A stretch of 64,000 bases of DNA from IMG/VR virus record IMGVR_UViG_3300032931_000857; one strand, given 5' to 3'. The translations under genes and the position numbers were made by a program. The stretch is from an uncultured virus (IMG/VR IMGVR_UViG_3300032931_000857). Its lineage: Duplodnaviria > Heunggongvirae > Uroviricota > Caudoviricetes. Shown here one piece after another: positions 1 to 10,344 of the stretch (position 1 is its first letter; each line of letters begins with the position of its first letter). A model generated the notes under the pieces. That model made no database searches. It was not told the DNA's origin and worked only from the letters and a program-made list of their open reading frames with translations.

Positions 1-118
1 GAGGGATCCATAATAGTTCCTAGCAAGAAAATAAAAGTGACTATTGACTACAATCAACCACAGTTGACTTCGATTGATCTGACAACTGTGATAACATACA
101 AAATTTAAAGGAGTATTT

Positions 119-1552
119 ATGAATAATAAAGGAAGTACTTTAATTTTCTTTACTGTCTTTTCTGCAATGATTTTGATACTTTGCACAGGGTTCGTGAAAT
201 TTATTTCTATCGGTAGCGATAGAAATAAAAGAACGGCAGATTCCATTAAAAGTTTCTGGGCAAATGAAGCAGGTGTTAATGTTGGATTCCGCTATTTATC
301 ATTGGTTCAAACGGGTGGATCAATTGACTGTACAATCCTAAGCTTAGGAGATGTTAATGGACTTACTCCGTCTGTGAGTATAGTGGGGACAGAAATATCT
401 GATCCTCTCTATTCAGAGAGCATTTTGTCTACTTGTTTACTTCCAAATTCTACTATTATAAATTCTTCTGAAATTATAACCAATTTTAAAAGCATGCAGT
501 ACTGGACTTTGTTTGAGAACGATACTGGAACCGCAGCGTCGTTGTGGGTATCAAAAATAATTAATGGCGATTACCATACAAACGGCAATGTAAGAGTCGC
601 TAGTTTTATGGGTGGTGGCGCCCATGTAACTGGACTTCTTACTTCTGCAAGGAGGTTCCTAAAACCTCCAGCCTCACTAACTCAAGTTGATAGGGTTAAT
701 TACCCTGTCATTTATCAAAACGGAATAGCCCGTTTTGATAAGGCTGCCAATGATAAGCCTATTGTTGGGTGGTTGGAAGAGAGATTTCCAAATTACCAGT
801 TTGTTGAAAAGATAGATATACAAAATATATCACCATCTTCATTTACTGGTACTGCCTACAATTACAGCACTGCTGACGGATTCGATAGTGTCATGATCGT
901 CCTGAAGAATAAGGTTTTCGATCTAAGGAGAAAGTCAATTCTTGGGAAAACATGGCAGACATGGGTCTCTAATGTTTCGATTTTACAAAATCCCATTGTA
1001 AAAACTAACCAAATAGTATTGGTGTATGGAATTCTTGAGGGGAGACTCACTATAGTGACAACAAGAAAGGACATCGTCATTATAGGGAAGATCTTATATA
1101 AAGAATTAGATCTTACAAAATCAAGCGCTAAAGATGCCTTAGCATTAGTGTCAGGGGGTGACATTTCCATTCTCGATTCGTCTCTTGTCAGCAACTATGA
1201 CTTCAAAGATAATAGTGCTGACAATCGTGTGTATGGCTATTTATTTGCACAGGACACTCTCAGGGTTATGTTTCAGGGTCATTATAGGAATGTTTCTGGG
1301 TCTTATACAAGGAACATCTCCTTGTACGGTGGTACTTCCATGAGAGCTCCTGCGAGCACTTATGGAACGTCCTCTGGTGATGGCGGCCTTATTCCAATTT
1401 ATAATGCGGATCCGAGATTAGTGAATGGAACTATCTCTGCTCCAGGTATTCCTGTGGCAAAAATACTTGATAAAGAAATGACTATCCGTGCAGGTGCGGA
1501 TAGATTCATGAACTCATTCAGGACGAGTTCGTGGAATAACAAAATGATGTAG
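119..1552 (+). CDS. PilX-like minor pilin / pilus assembly family protein
   Basis: N-terminal prepilin-like G|STLIFF hydrophobic helix followed by SFWANEAGV, resembling PilX N-termini; GGAG RBS upstream. Confidence 0.55.
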   Translation: MNNKGSTLIFFTVFSAMILILCTGFVKFISIGSDRNKRTADSIKSFWANEAGVNVGFRYLSLVQTGGSIDCTILSLGDVNGLTPSVSIVGTEISDPLYSESILSTCLLPNSTIINSSEIITNFKSMQYWTLFENDTGTAASLWVSKIINGDYHTNGNVRVASFMGGGAHVTGLLTSARRFLKPPASLTQVDRVNYPVIYQNGIARFDKAANDKPIVGWLEERFPNYQFVEKIDIQNISPSSFTGTAYNYSTADGFDSVMIVLKNKVFDLRRKSILGKTWQTWVSNVSILQNPIVKTNQIVLVYGILEGRLTIVTTRKDIVIIGKILYKELDLTKSSAKDALALVSGGDISILDSSLVSNYDFKDNSADNRVYGYLFAQDTLRVMFQGHYRNVSGSYTRNISLYGGTSMRAPASTYGTSSGDGGLIPIYNADPRLVNGTISAPGIPVAKILDKEMTIRAGADRFMNSFRTSSWNNKMM

Positions 1553-1566
1553 AAATACATTGTTTT

Positions 1567-1593
1567 AAAATGGGTTTAATGCCCATTTTTTTT
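1567..1593 (+). terminator. Intrinsic terminator
   Basis: aaaatggg-tttaatg-cccatttt followed by T-run, just after ORF 119-1552. Confidence 0.7.
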
Positions 1594-1628
1594 GTTATTA
1601 ATCGTTATTATCTGGTATAACTATAATG
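1593..1628 (+). promoter_or_regulatory. Putative phage promoter, motif copy 1
   Basis: TGTTATT-N13-TGGTATAACTATAATG. Confidence 0.6.
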
Positions 1629-1663
1629 AACCGTTTACCTCACAATTTTTAAAGGAGCTTCTT

Positions 1664-1831
1664 ATGGAAAATCAGATCAACTTATTAACAGTCCAAGTGA
1701 AGGAAAGATGTGCCCTGATAAAACAACTGAGCGAAAGGGTGAGCTCAATCAATCTCATGTTCTCTGATTATCAGAAATTTAAAATAGAATATGCAAAAGA
1801 AGAAATGCTAGAAAATGCTGATAATATTTGA
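1664..1831 (+). CDS. Hypothetical protein
   Basis: ATG (MENQINLL) preceded by AAGGAG; more plausible start than TTG at 1592. Confidence 0.55.
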   Translation: MENQINLLTVQVKERCALIKQLSERVSSINLMFSDYQKFKIEYAKEEMLENADNI

Positions 1832-2279
1832 AACAGCCGCGTTGTGTTTTTTTGTCTCAGTATTTATTATTACTATGGATATAGTAATAAAAATATTGTT
1901 TTAAAAAAACAATGCTTGCGAATCGTTTCTGGAAACTAACTAACACTTTTCCATCCAATATTAATTATCTTAATATTGTTAAAGTTATTAGTTTCCAGTT
2001 TTTTTAATTATAATAGAAATAGGAGCTGAATAAATGAAAAAAAATACAACACTTTTATTAGCAATGGCAATGGCATCTATATCAAAAGAAATATTTAGAA
2101 ATGATTCTTATTATCAAAATTCAAATTCATTTGATATAAATCAAATAAATAAAATTAGTAAGAAAAATCGTAAAAAAAATAAATCTCGTAAAAAAAAATA
2201 ATAATTTACAAAAAATTCATATTAAAATATACTTACTGAACTGGCGAATTTTAAAATAAAAAAGAATAAGGAAAATTAT

Positions 2280-2675
2280 ATGATACCAAAAATTTTTTAT
2301 CAATTTGTTTGCAAACAACAAATTGAAGAATTAGAAAAAAGAGAAGAAGAAAAAGAAATTAAAGATAAAATAAACAAATTTGAAAAAATTTTTAATGATA
2401 TGCCAATAGTTAATGAACAATATGGCAATAAAAATAATGCAGTAATATATCTGCATTATTTTAAAAATTTACCTTCTAGTCTTACAATAATTAATTGGTA
2501 TATAATAGAAAAAGATAATAAAGAAAATCAAACAGAAGCTTTTGGAATGTATAATTTAGAAGAAACATTTGAATCGGGTTATATTTCTATTAAAGAGTTA
2601 ATTAAAGATAATATTAAACTTAATTTTGAATGGAAATTTAAAATAGTTAATGAAATTAAAAAAAATAATTTATAG
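2280..2675 (+). CDS. Hypothetical protein (DUF2958-like)
   Basis: LHYF...WYIIEKD...QTEAFG...ESGYISIKEL pattern. Confidence 0.5.
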   Translation: MIPKIFYQFVCKQQIEELEKREEEKEIKDKINKFEKIFNDMPIVNEQYGNKNNAVIYLHYFKNLPSSLTIINWYIIEKDNKENQTEAFGMYNLEETFESGYISIKELIKDNIKLNFEWKFKIVNEIKKNNL

Positions 2676-2684
2676 GATAAAAAT

Positions 2685-2906
2685 ATGGGGAAATTACATT
2701 GGGGAATAGTTGACAAAGACAATTCATACGGATCGCGAGATGTAGGCGATTTAATTTATGTAAAATCTTTAAAAGAAGCTTGTAAACGTATAAAAAAACT
2801 AAAAATATTTTATGAAAAAAGGGGTTATAAAATTTGGTTTGCAAACTATAAAGATTCTCCTGAAAGTAAATTTATAAATATTAAAAGAAAGGAATGCTTA
2901 TGGTAA
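2685..2906 (+). CDS. Hypothetical protein
   Basis: ORF with AGGA RBS. Confidence 0.55.
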   Translation: MGKLHWGIVDKDNSYGSRDVGDLIYVKSLKEACKRIKKLKIFYEKRGYKIWFANYKDSPESKFINIKRKECLW

Positions 2907-3097
2907 TTAAATTTGAAATTAGAATTAATATAAATAACGGAACTCTCAATACAGTAGAAATAGAAGAATTTGAAACATTATTAAATGAATGTATTCGGGA
3001 AAAAATTAATAAAAGTACTAATGAATTATATAATGCACAATGGGCAATAAGCTATAAAATTATTTTTATATAAATTTTTAACTAAGGAATTATAATA

Positions 3098-3754
3098 ATG
3101 AAATATTTTTTAATTATAAGTTTTATAGTTATTTTTTTATCAACATATTATATATGGTATAATAAATATTTTTCACATAAACAATGCAATTGTCAAATTT
3201 ATGAAAAGAAAATTGAACAATACAAGGACAAAGAACAGAAGTTATTGAATATGCAAAAATCTTTAATTATAGCATATCCAAAACTGTCTTCGTATGAGGC
3301 AAAATACTATTCATATATATTTGAAGATTTTGCAACTGTTTATAATATTCCTTGGGAAATTTATCCAGCCCTGATTAGAATCGAGTCCAATTTTGAAGTT
3401 GGATTAAGATCAGAAAAAGGAGCAAAAGGAATTGCTCAAATTCTTGAATCAACCGGTAAAGAGATTGCTAGTAAATTAGGTATTAAATATGTGGAGAACA
3501 TAACTTTGTGGAATGAAGTAATTAATCTAGTTATTGGATTCACATATTTTTCTGAAAATATCAAAAGCGATACCACATTAAAAGAAATTGATTCCATTCT
3601 TGAAATGGCTATAAAAAAATATATTGGGGGGCCTTTAGTATCTGTCAAAATAGTAAGCGACAAAACTTATATTGGAGAGTATCGCTCAACTGTCATGCAA
3701 GAATATAAAAGACTACATTATATTTATTTAGGAGTTATTAATGAAAATCGATGA
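3098..3754 (+). CDS. Lytic transglycosylase (SLT domain) with N-terminal TM anchor
   Basis: ALIRIESNF (catalytic Glu), SEKGAKGIAQI motif; hydrophobic N-terminus. Confidence 0.8.
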   Translation: MKYFLIISFIVIFLSTYYIWYNKYFSHKQCNCQIYEKKIEQYKDKEQKLLNMQKSLIIAYPKLSSYEAKYYSYIFEDFATVYNIPWEIYPALIRIESNFEVGLRSEKGAKGIAQILESTGKEIASKLGIKYVENITLWNEVINLVIGFTYFSENIKSDTTLKEIDSILEMAIKKYIGGPLVSVKIVSDKTYIGEYRSTVMQEYKRLHYIYLGVINENR

Positions 3755-3917
3755 TACTTTTATACTCAATCAAAGCAATAATAGAATTGATAAACTTTCG
3801 TGGCGTCAAATTAATTTAAAAATGAATAAAAAACTTTCTTTGTCATTGCGAAAATCTTATAAAAAAGAAACTGATTTTAATGCCTATTTAAGAAAAAAGA
3901 TTGCAAGTACATAACTT

Positions 3918-4025
3918 TCAAATGGACGATGTGGGAGGGGTGGCAGGCTAATCGGTTAAGCTTCGCGCCTAGCACTGATAGCCCACCGTGTATGTCAGTG
4001 CCCCTCGCCCACATCGTCTGTTTGA
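3918..4025. ncRNA. GC-rich three-way-junction structured RNA candidate
   Basis: 18-bp closing stem 3918-3935/4008-4025 enclosing aggc..gcct and gcactga..tcagtgc hairpins; intergenic; GC-rich in an AT-rich background. Confidence 0.5.
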
Positions 4026-4061
4026 TTTATATTTTATTCACTAATAAGAGGAGAATTAATT

Positions 4062-4262
4062 ATGGCAGAAATTAAAAATTTTAATGGTGAGGTTATTAAG
4101 ATTGTAGATTCAAATTTAACTGACACTAACTTAACTAATGTTAATTTAACTAACAAAGATTTAACGTTAGGTTTACAATCAGAATGGGGTAAAAAATCTA
4201 CAGTAGTAGAAAAAATTGAAAAACTAAATAAAGACATATCAGATCCTTTTTGTATTTTTTAA
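4062..4262 (+). CDS. Small protein with short pentapeptide-repeat-like tract
   Basis: SNLTD-TNLTN-VNLTN-KDLT; GAGGAG RBS. Confidence 0.45.
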   Translation: MAEIKNFNGEVIKIVDSNLTDTNLTNVNLTNKDLTLGLQSEWGKKSTVVEKIEKLNKDISDPFCIF

Positions 4263-4305
4263 AAAAAACATTATTAAAAATAAATAATTTTTAAGAGGTA
4301 ATAAA

Positions 4306-4668
4306 ATGGTATGTTTACATTGTGGATATTGTTGTATAACATATGATGTCGTAATAGTATTAAAAAATTTGGGTCCACGAAAAAGTGTTGAGAGAGAAGA
4401 AAATATTGAATATAAACCTACAAATCAAAGATGCAGACATATTACAGGTAATGTTCCAGGGGAATTTTTATGTGGCATTCATAAATTCCCTTGGTATAAA
4501 AAAACTCCGTGTTTTAATTATGTACAAATAGAACGAAAAAATACTAATTGTCGAATGGGAGAATTTGTGTTAAAAAATGAAAAAATGATTAAGTTGATTA
4601 AATCAAAATATAAAATTAAAAAAAAAGGAAGGTTAAATGAGAAGACTTGCTACTATTCAGGTTATTAA
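4306..4668 (+). CDS. YkgJ-like Cys-cluster protein
   Basis: CLHCGYCC...CRHI...CGIH...PCF. Confidence 0.6.
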   Translation: MVCLHCGYCCITYDVVIVLKNLGPRKSVEREENIEYKPTNQRCRHITGNVPGEFLCGIHKFPWYKKTPCFNYVQIERKNTNCRMGEFVLKNEKMIKLIKSKYKIKKKGRLNEKTCYYSGY

Positions 4669-5656
4669 TAATCTGACTCCAATAGAAGAAGCAGATAATA
4701 TAGAAATGGTTTGTATAAAAGGATGGAAGTGTGTTGTAAGAAAAAATGAATTTAAAGTTGGTGATAAATGTATATATCATGAAATTGATTCATTGCTTCC
4801 AAATGTTGAACAATATAGTTTTATGAATAAAGGTTCTACACTTAAAAAAAGTATAATTGATAATGGAAAAGAAGTTGAAGGTTATCGTTTAAAAACTATT
4901 AAATTAAAAGGTCAAATATCTCAAGGACTTGCCCTTCCATTAAGTATATTTCCTGAAATTAATAAAGATATTGAAACAAATACCGATGTGTCTGAAATTT
5001 TAAATATTTATAAATATAATCCTCCTTTAGACGCAAGTATATCTGGAGATGCAAAAGGAAGAATGCCTGGTTTTATACCTATAACTAATGAAGAAAGAAT
5101 ACAAAATTGTATTTCTTTATTAGAATTATATAAAAGTAATAGATTTTATATTACTGAAAAAATTGATGGCACTTCTTCAACTTTTTATAAATATGATAAC
5201 ACATTTGGAGTCTGTGGGCATAATTATGAATTTAAAGAAAGTAACAAAAATATTTTTTGGATATTAGCTAAAAAATATGATCTTTCAAATAAATTTCCAA
5301 ATGGTTATGCAATTCAAGGAGAAACTTCCGGGCCTGGTATTCAAAAAAATAGACTTAAATTAAAAGATGTTGATTTTTTTAGTTTTTATGTTTTTGATAT
5401 TTTAAATAGTAAATATTTATTACTTGATGAAATGATAGAATTTGTAAAAAATTTAGGTTTAAAAATGGTTCCTATAATTAATGATAATTTTATACTTAAT
5501 CATTCTTGCGATGAATTATTATCATTAGCTAATACAAAAAGTAAATTATCTCCAAATTATTTTCAAGAAGGAATGGTGTTTAGACTTTATTATAATAATG
5601 ATAAAATATCTTTTAAAGTAATATCGAATGATTATTTAATCCAACATGGATTATAA
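4637..5656 (+). CDS. RNA ligase (DRB0094/Rnl2-like)
   Basis: Nucleotidyltransferase motifs TEKIDGTS, IQGE, EGMV, SFKVISN; N-terminal RRLATIQ and GQISQGL. Confidence 0.85.
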   Translation: MRRLATIQVINNLTPIEEADNIEMVCIKGWKCVVRKNEFKVGDKCIYHEIDSLLPNVEQYSFMNKGSTLKKSIIDNGKEVEGYRLKTIKLKGQISQGLALPLSIFPEINKDIETNTDVSEILNIYKYNPPLDASISGDAKGRMPGFIPITNEERIQNCISLLELYKSNRFYITEKIDGTSSTFYKYDNTFGVCGHNYEFKESNKNIFWILAKKYDLSNKFPNGYAIQGETSGPGIQKNRLKLKDVDFFSFYVFDILNSKYLLLDEMIEFVKNLGLKMVPIINDNFILNHSCDELLSLANTKSKLSPNYFQEGMVFRLYYNNDKISFKVISNDYLIQHGL

Positions 5657-5658
5657 TA

Positions 5659-5696
5659 TGTTATTTAAAATAAAAATCTGGTATAATTATATAAAT
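5659..5696 (+). promoter_or_regulatory. Putative phage promoter, motif copy 2
   Basis: TGTTATT-N13-TGGTATAATTATA. Confidence 0.6.
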
Positions 5697-5853
5697 GCTG
5701 CAAATAATATATTGGCTGCGGGACTCGCAGTGTCCGCCTGTGGAGAATCTCCGTTAGGAGTTTCTGTGAAGCAGAAACCTGAAGTACGAAAAGTAGCACT
5801 CGCTGCATAAGTCTCAGCAATCCTCGTTCTTCAGGACGGGGGGGGTATGTCAA
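5691..5853 (+). mobile_element. IS200/IS605 right-end remnant (tnpB 3' end / omegaRNA scaffold) without tnpB body
   Basis: Translates INAANNILAAGLAVSACGE (TnpB C-terminus); ends in right-end hairpin aatcctcgttcttcaggacgggggg and TCAA. Confidence 0.7.
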
Positions 5854-5923
5854 AAAAAGATTTAATTAAATTATATAATTAAGTCTTTTTTTAATTATTA
5901 AATTAATAATTGAAAGGGTTTGA

Positions 5924-6013
5924 ATGAAAAAAATTATTACTATAATTGGAACTAGACCTCAGTTTATAAAGGCTTCAATTGTATTGGAAGAAATTAAAAA
6001 GATTATTTTATAG
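5924..6013 (+). pseudogene. wecB: 5' fragment of UDP-GlcNAc 2-epimerase
   Basis: MKKIITIIGTRPQFIKASIV then stop after 29 codons; GTRPxxIK is the family's N-terminal signature. Confidence 0.65.
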
Positions 6014-6181
6014 GAGTAATTAATTAATGGAAGAAAAGGATTCGTTTAATGTTTTGGAATTGCAAGAATTGACAGAAGGATTAGAATTATTAGTAGAAAA
6101 AATAAATAATAATAATAATAATTCTAATAATAATTCTAATAATATAGAAATTGAATTATAATTTTATTTAAAGGAGCAAGT

Positions 6182-6508
6182 ATGAGCGTTAATCAATTTG
6201 ACAATGACAATAGTAATGATAAAATTAAAATAGAAGGAATAAATGATATTATTGATTCTGCCATTAATTTATTTGAAAACATTGAAATAACGACAGAACA
6301 CATTAATGATATTAATAATTCATTTCATGACGTTGGCGAAACTATGAATAATATTAATGATACTATTGGAAATAATATGGATAGTATAATAAAATGTTTT
6401 AATAATTTAAATTCTAATTTAGAAAGAATTAATTCCACATTAAACATAATTGCAATTAGTATAGTGGAAAATACTAACACTATTAAAGAATTCAAAAAAA
6501 AAGAATAA
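6182..6508 (+). CDS. Hypothetical coiled-coil protein
   Basis: ORF with AAGGAG RBS. Confidence 0.6.
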   Translation: MSVNQFDNDNSNDKIKIEGINDIIDSAINLFENIEITTEHINDINNSFHDVGETMNNINDTIGNNMDSIIKCFNNLNSNLERINSTLNIIAISIVENTNTIKEFKKKE

Positions 6509-6603
6509 AAAAATAGAAGTTTATATATATTTGTAATAATTTCTTATTTTTTTTAAATTTATATAATATATTTTATTATATTTTATATTATATTATATAT
6601 ATT

Positions 6604-6798
6604 ATGAAAAAAATAGATATAGTAATATTAAATTTGAAACTATCAAGAATCGATAGGGACAAATTTAAAAAAATAGTTAAGAAAAACCATAGAAAAACAA
6701 TGCAGGAAATGTTAGAGTTATTTATAAAAACTTATAACAAATCTCCTGCAATGTTTAATATTAAATTGGAGGTGAGTAATGGAAAGCGATCAAAATGA
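6604..6798 (+). CDS. Small possible ribbon-helix-helix-like protein
   Basis: LNLKLSRIDRDKFKKIV..TMQEML pattern, weak. Confidence 0.35.
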   Translation: MKKIDIVILNLKLSRIDRDKFKKIVKKNHRKTMQEMLELFIKTYNKSPAMFNIKLEVSNGKRSK

Positions 6799-7144
6799 TA
6801 ATCTTCAACTAAATGATAAATTAAAAAACATTACTTTAAATATAATACCTGAAAATATTACTTATGGATATTCTTATTATAGTCAATTTACAGTTAGAAA
6901 AGTTTATATAAATAATGTTTTAAAAGGAGAATATCATATAGCTGTTAACGATATTACAATACAAAATATGATATTTTTTCTTAATAAATATTTAGGAAAT
7001 GAATGTGATATTGGATTGATAGATCCAACTATGGTTTTAAATCTTGATTATCCTATTTTTATAATTATTAAAAAAGAAATAATAAAGGATGTAATAGACG
7101 ATATTTTTGAAACAATTTATAAGGAGTTAAAATTTCATGAATGA
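6779..7144 (+). CDS. Hypothetical protein
   Basis: GGAGG RBS, overlapping operon arrangement. Confidence 0.6.
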   Translation: MESDQNDNLQLNDKLKNITLNIIPENITYGYSYYSQFTVRKVYINNVLKGEYHIAVNDITIQNMIFFLNKYLGNECDIGLIDPTMVLNLDYPIFIIIKKEIIKDVIDDIFETIYKELKFHE

Positions 7145-7745
7145 AAATTTAAATGAAGATAGTGTTTTAGAAGAAAACAACCCAATGTTAAATTTGGTTA
7201 ATGAAGAAAATAATAATAATTTAGAAATTAATACTAATGAAGCTATTGAATATCCTGCCTATACAGAGAATGAAAAGGATGATAGTAAAGAGTCTAATAA
7301 TCCTATATTTGTTAAAACTCCTATATTAAAAAATTCTGGTAAACCAGGATTTAATAACAATGAAATTCAAGATGCACGAATTGATGAAGAATTGGAAGGG
7401 GGTATTGCAAGACCGTCAACTATAAGATTTAGTGAAAGAGACGGCTCCCAAGAAGAGGGGTATATAATGAAATATAATAAACAAAAAAAAGAAATTGATA
7501 AATGGGAAGTATCTGGATTTTCTGTTATGATTGAAATCACTAAAGGATCTGGGTATATGAGTAAAGAAATTATTAATTTCTTTGATGATTGTGAAACTGC
7601 TAAGGCAAGTATTGTCGGAGGTATGTATTTGATGCCAATCGATAAAACTTATAAGTTAGTTAGAATAGTAAAAGGAGCTCCTATCATTACTTATAATGAT
7701 AGGCAGTTGTTCCAATACATTGATAACAAATGGAGAAATATTTAA
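7137..7745 (+). CDS. Hypothetical protein
   Basis: AAGGAG RBS, 202 aa ORF. Confidence 0.65.
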   Translation: MNENLNEDSVLEENNPMLNLVNEENNNNLEINTNEAIEYPAYTENEKDDSKESNNPIFVKTPILKNSGKPGFNNNEIQDARIDEELEGGIARPSTIRFSERDGSQEEGYIMKYNKQKKEIDKWEVSGFSVMIEITKGSGYMSKEIINFFDDCETAKASIVGGMYLMPIDKTYKLVRIVKGAPIITYNDRQLFQYIDNKWRNI

Positions 7746-7775
7746 TTAAATTTAAAAAAATAATTATATAATTAA

Positions 7776-7812
7776 TAAAAGGTTCGTGTGTTTATATACA
7801 CGAACCTTTTAT
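7776..7812 (+). terminator. Hairpin/terminator
   Basis: aaaaggttcgtgt..acacgaacctttt. Confidence 0.6.
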
Positions 7813-8719
7813 TTATGTTATTAATTTGTAAACAATTAAGGATATTAATATGACTTGCAAAAAAATAGAGACTATTTTAGTTAAAATTGTAGAAGTAAAA
7901 ACTAAATCAAAAACAGTATGTGCTATTGATAGAGACGACTGTGACGGTGAGGACAAAAATTGTCCTTATAGAGAAGATGAGCCTAACACTCGTGCTCTTA
8001 ATGAAGAGTGCGAACGGTACGCTAATGTAAAAAAGCTTACAGACGTACAACAACTGCAAGCAAAAATTCGCGCTATTGCAGATAGGCTTGAAATTTCGTA
8101 TCGTACCGCTGATCCTATGGCGGTAAATAATGCCGTCAACGAACTGCGCGAACTATCAGACGTTTATCAACCGTTATAAACAATTTGCACTCGCAAAACT
8201 TATTTATAAGCGAACATAAGAAAGGAAAGGAAAATGAATATAATAGACAAATCTGGTGAAATTACCACCATTGAAGATATACAGGAATCAATTGGTGCAA
8301 TAACAAATTTTATGAAAAATGATTTGATAAAACTACCATCGTTGGCAGTATATTCGTTAACAATCAGACGGTGTTTAATGGAATATTTAGCAATAAGAAA
8401 GAGTGCGCCCGCAGAAAGTAATGTTTTAAATCTTTAATTTATAGGCGGCAATATGAGAGCAGGTTCGGTTTTGTTATTTATCTTTTTGCTTATTGGAAGT
8501 ATCACTGCGATAATAAACATCCGTGATATTGCCTCTGACATTAAGGTAATTAAAAACACATCTTACAACAAAAAAAGTACGCCATGTTCGTGTCCAGATA
8601 CTGTTTACATTCATGACACAATTTATACTCGTGCGTGGACTTGTTTTCCTAAGCGGTAGACACGGCGTACATTTGTTATACGTTGGTTAACATTTTAAAA
8701 TCACTAAAAGGATTATTAT

Positions 8720-9037
8720 ATGCCCGATAAGATAAAAAAATGTCCATTTTGCGGAGGTATTGCCAGTATTAAACATAAACGATACAAGGGAACATTACAC
8801 AGATGCAATGGATTTGGTTATTGGGGAAATAAAGATAAAGTGAAAATATTATGGTGGGTGGGATGTTTTAACAAAGGTTGTTCTATTAAACCAAGTGCAT
8901 ACGGAGATAAAGATGAAGCAATAAAAAATTGGAATAATCGGGCTGATACTTTGGAAGGTGATTTTAAAACGTCAACCAACACCAAAAGTTTTCAATGTCC
9001 GGGTGAAGTGGTTGGCGTAACACTAAAAACGTTTTGA
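8720..9037 (+). CDS. Lar-like restriction alleviation protein
   Basis: KKCPFCGG...C..KGC...DEAIKNWNNRA. Confidence 0.7.
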   Translation: MPDKIKKCPFCGGIASIKHKRYKGTLHRCNGFGYWGNKDKVKILWWVGCFNKGCSIKPSAYGDKDEAIKNWNNRADTLEGDFKTSTNTKSFQCPGEVVGVTLKTF

Positions 9038-10221
9038 ATCCGTTGTTCAAAATAACTGACGAGCCTAATTTGTAGTCCGCTAATCTTGCAAAGGAGCATT
9101 TATTATGCGCAAAGAGTTTCAGATGACACCGAAAGAACTGAAAGACATTATGGAGGCATGTTGCCCCGTCCCGATGATTATGTTGCAGTGCGGAACACCA
9201 TCTTCCCCTCAAGAAAACGCGAATAGTGCGTGGAGGTCATTGGCGGCAAAATACGGTTTTAATTGGGAGTCAGTTCGACCGGTATCAGGAAAAGATAGTC
9301 ATTATTTCACAGCTGAGAGCGCGGCAGAACTGGTGGAGTTGCCAGTTACTTCGCACAATAAATAAAGTGTGTTCGTTTTACATAAGGAGAAACAAAATGA
9401 AATTATGTGATAATGATTGTAATCATTGTCAAATTATCAGGCACGAAAACTCTCGTATGGTTACGTTTATTCTCAACAGTCTGTTTGAAAAATTTGGTGA
9501 TGAAGTTTACTCGGTAGTTCAAAGTGCGTGTCCGAATTTGACTTGTTGCTTTGATTGTCGTATTGACGATTTTTGTCATGTTGAGAGTTGTGAAATAGCG
9601 GCTGCGGCGGAAGAAAAATATGGAAAGCCAACTGCATAGTCTACAACAACCGAAACACAAAATATAAATTTTATCGAAATGTTTTTATGACGCGATATTT
9701 TATAACTTTTAAAATAGTCCGAAATTTTTCATTAGGTTTTACAATTTATAGTCCGAAATATAATGGGTGGATAACTTTTGATATTAATTTTATGTATTTT
9801 TCTTTATGTTTTGATTGTAAAGGAAAGGTATTTTTTGGAATTCAAAATTATTGGAAAGTAAGAGATATTAAATTAAAACGACAGTACATTTATCACACAT
9901 TGTACAAAATTATTATGCTTTTTAAATTATAATGAACGGCTGAAAATTGGAGTTTTTATGAATGTTATGCAAATGCAAAAATTAAGTAGTTTAAGTCAAG
10001 AGCAACTTTCAAAAATTGAAACAGGATATCAAATTGCATATGTTCCTGGCCATGCAATAGATGAATTTAATATAATAGAAGATTCGTATATTGAATATGG
10101 CTTTGTAACTTCAAAATCATGTTCAGGATATTTCTGTAGATATTGGATAAAAGGAAAAGAAGGAATAAAGTTAAGAACAACTGCAAACAGTGAATCTACT
10201 AATTTATATGATCTCTTTAAA

Positions 10222-10344
10222 TATGAAAAAGTAGATCAAGATATAATTAATAAATTTTTAAAAAAAATTTTAGTAAATAATGTTATTAAAATTTAAATAT
10301 GATATCAAAATGTATAAAACATTTTTAACGTGCAAATACGAACC
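10222..10344 (+). repeat. 123-bp direct repeat, copy 1 (copy 2 at 12519-12641)
   Basis: Near-identical sequence tatgaaaaagta...caaatacgaacc. Confidence 0.9.
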
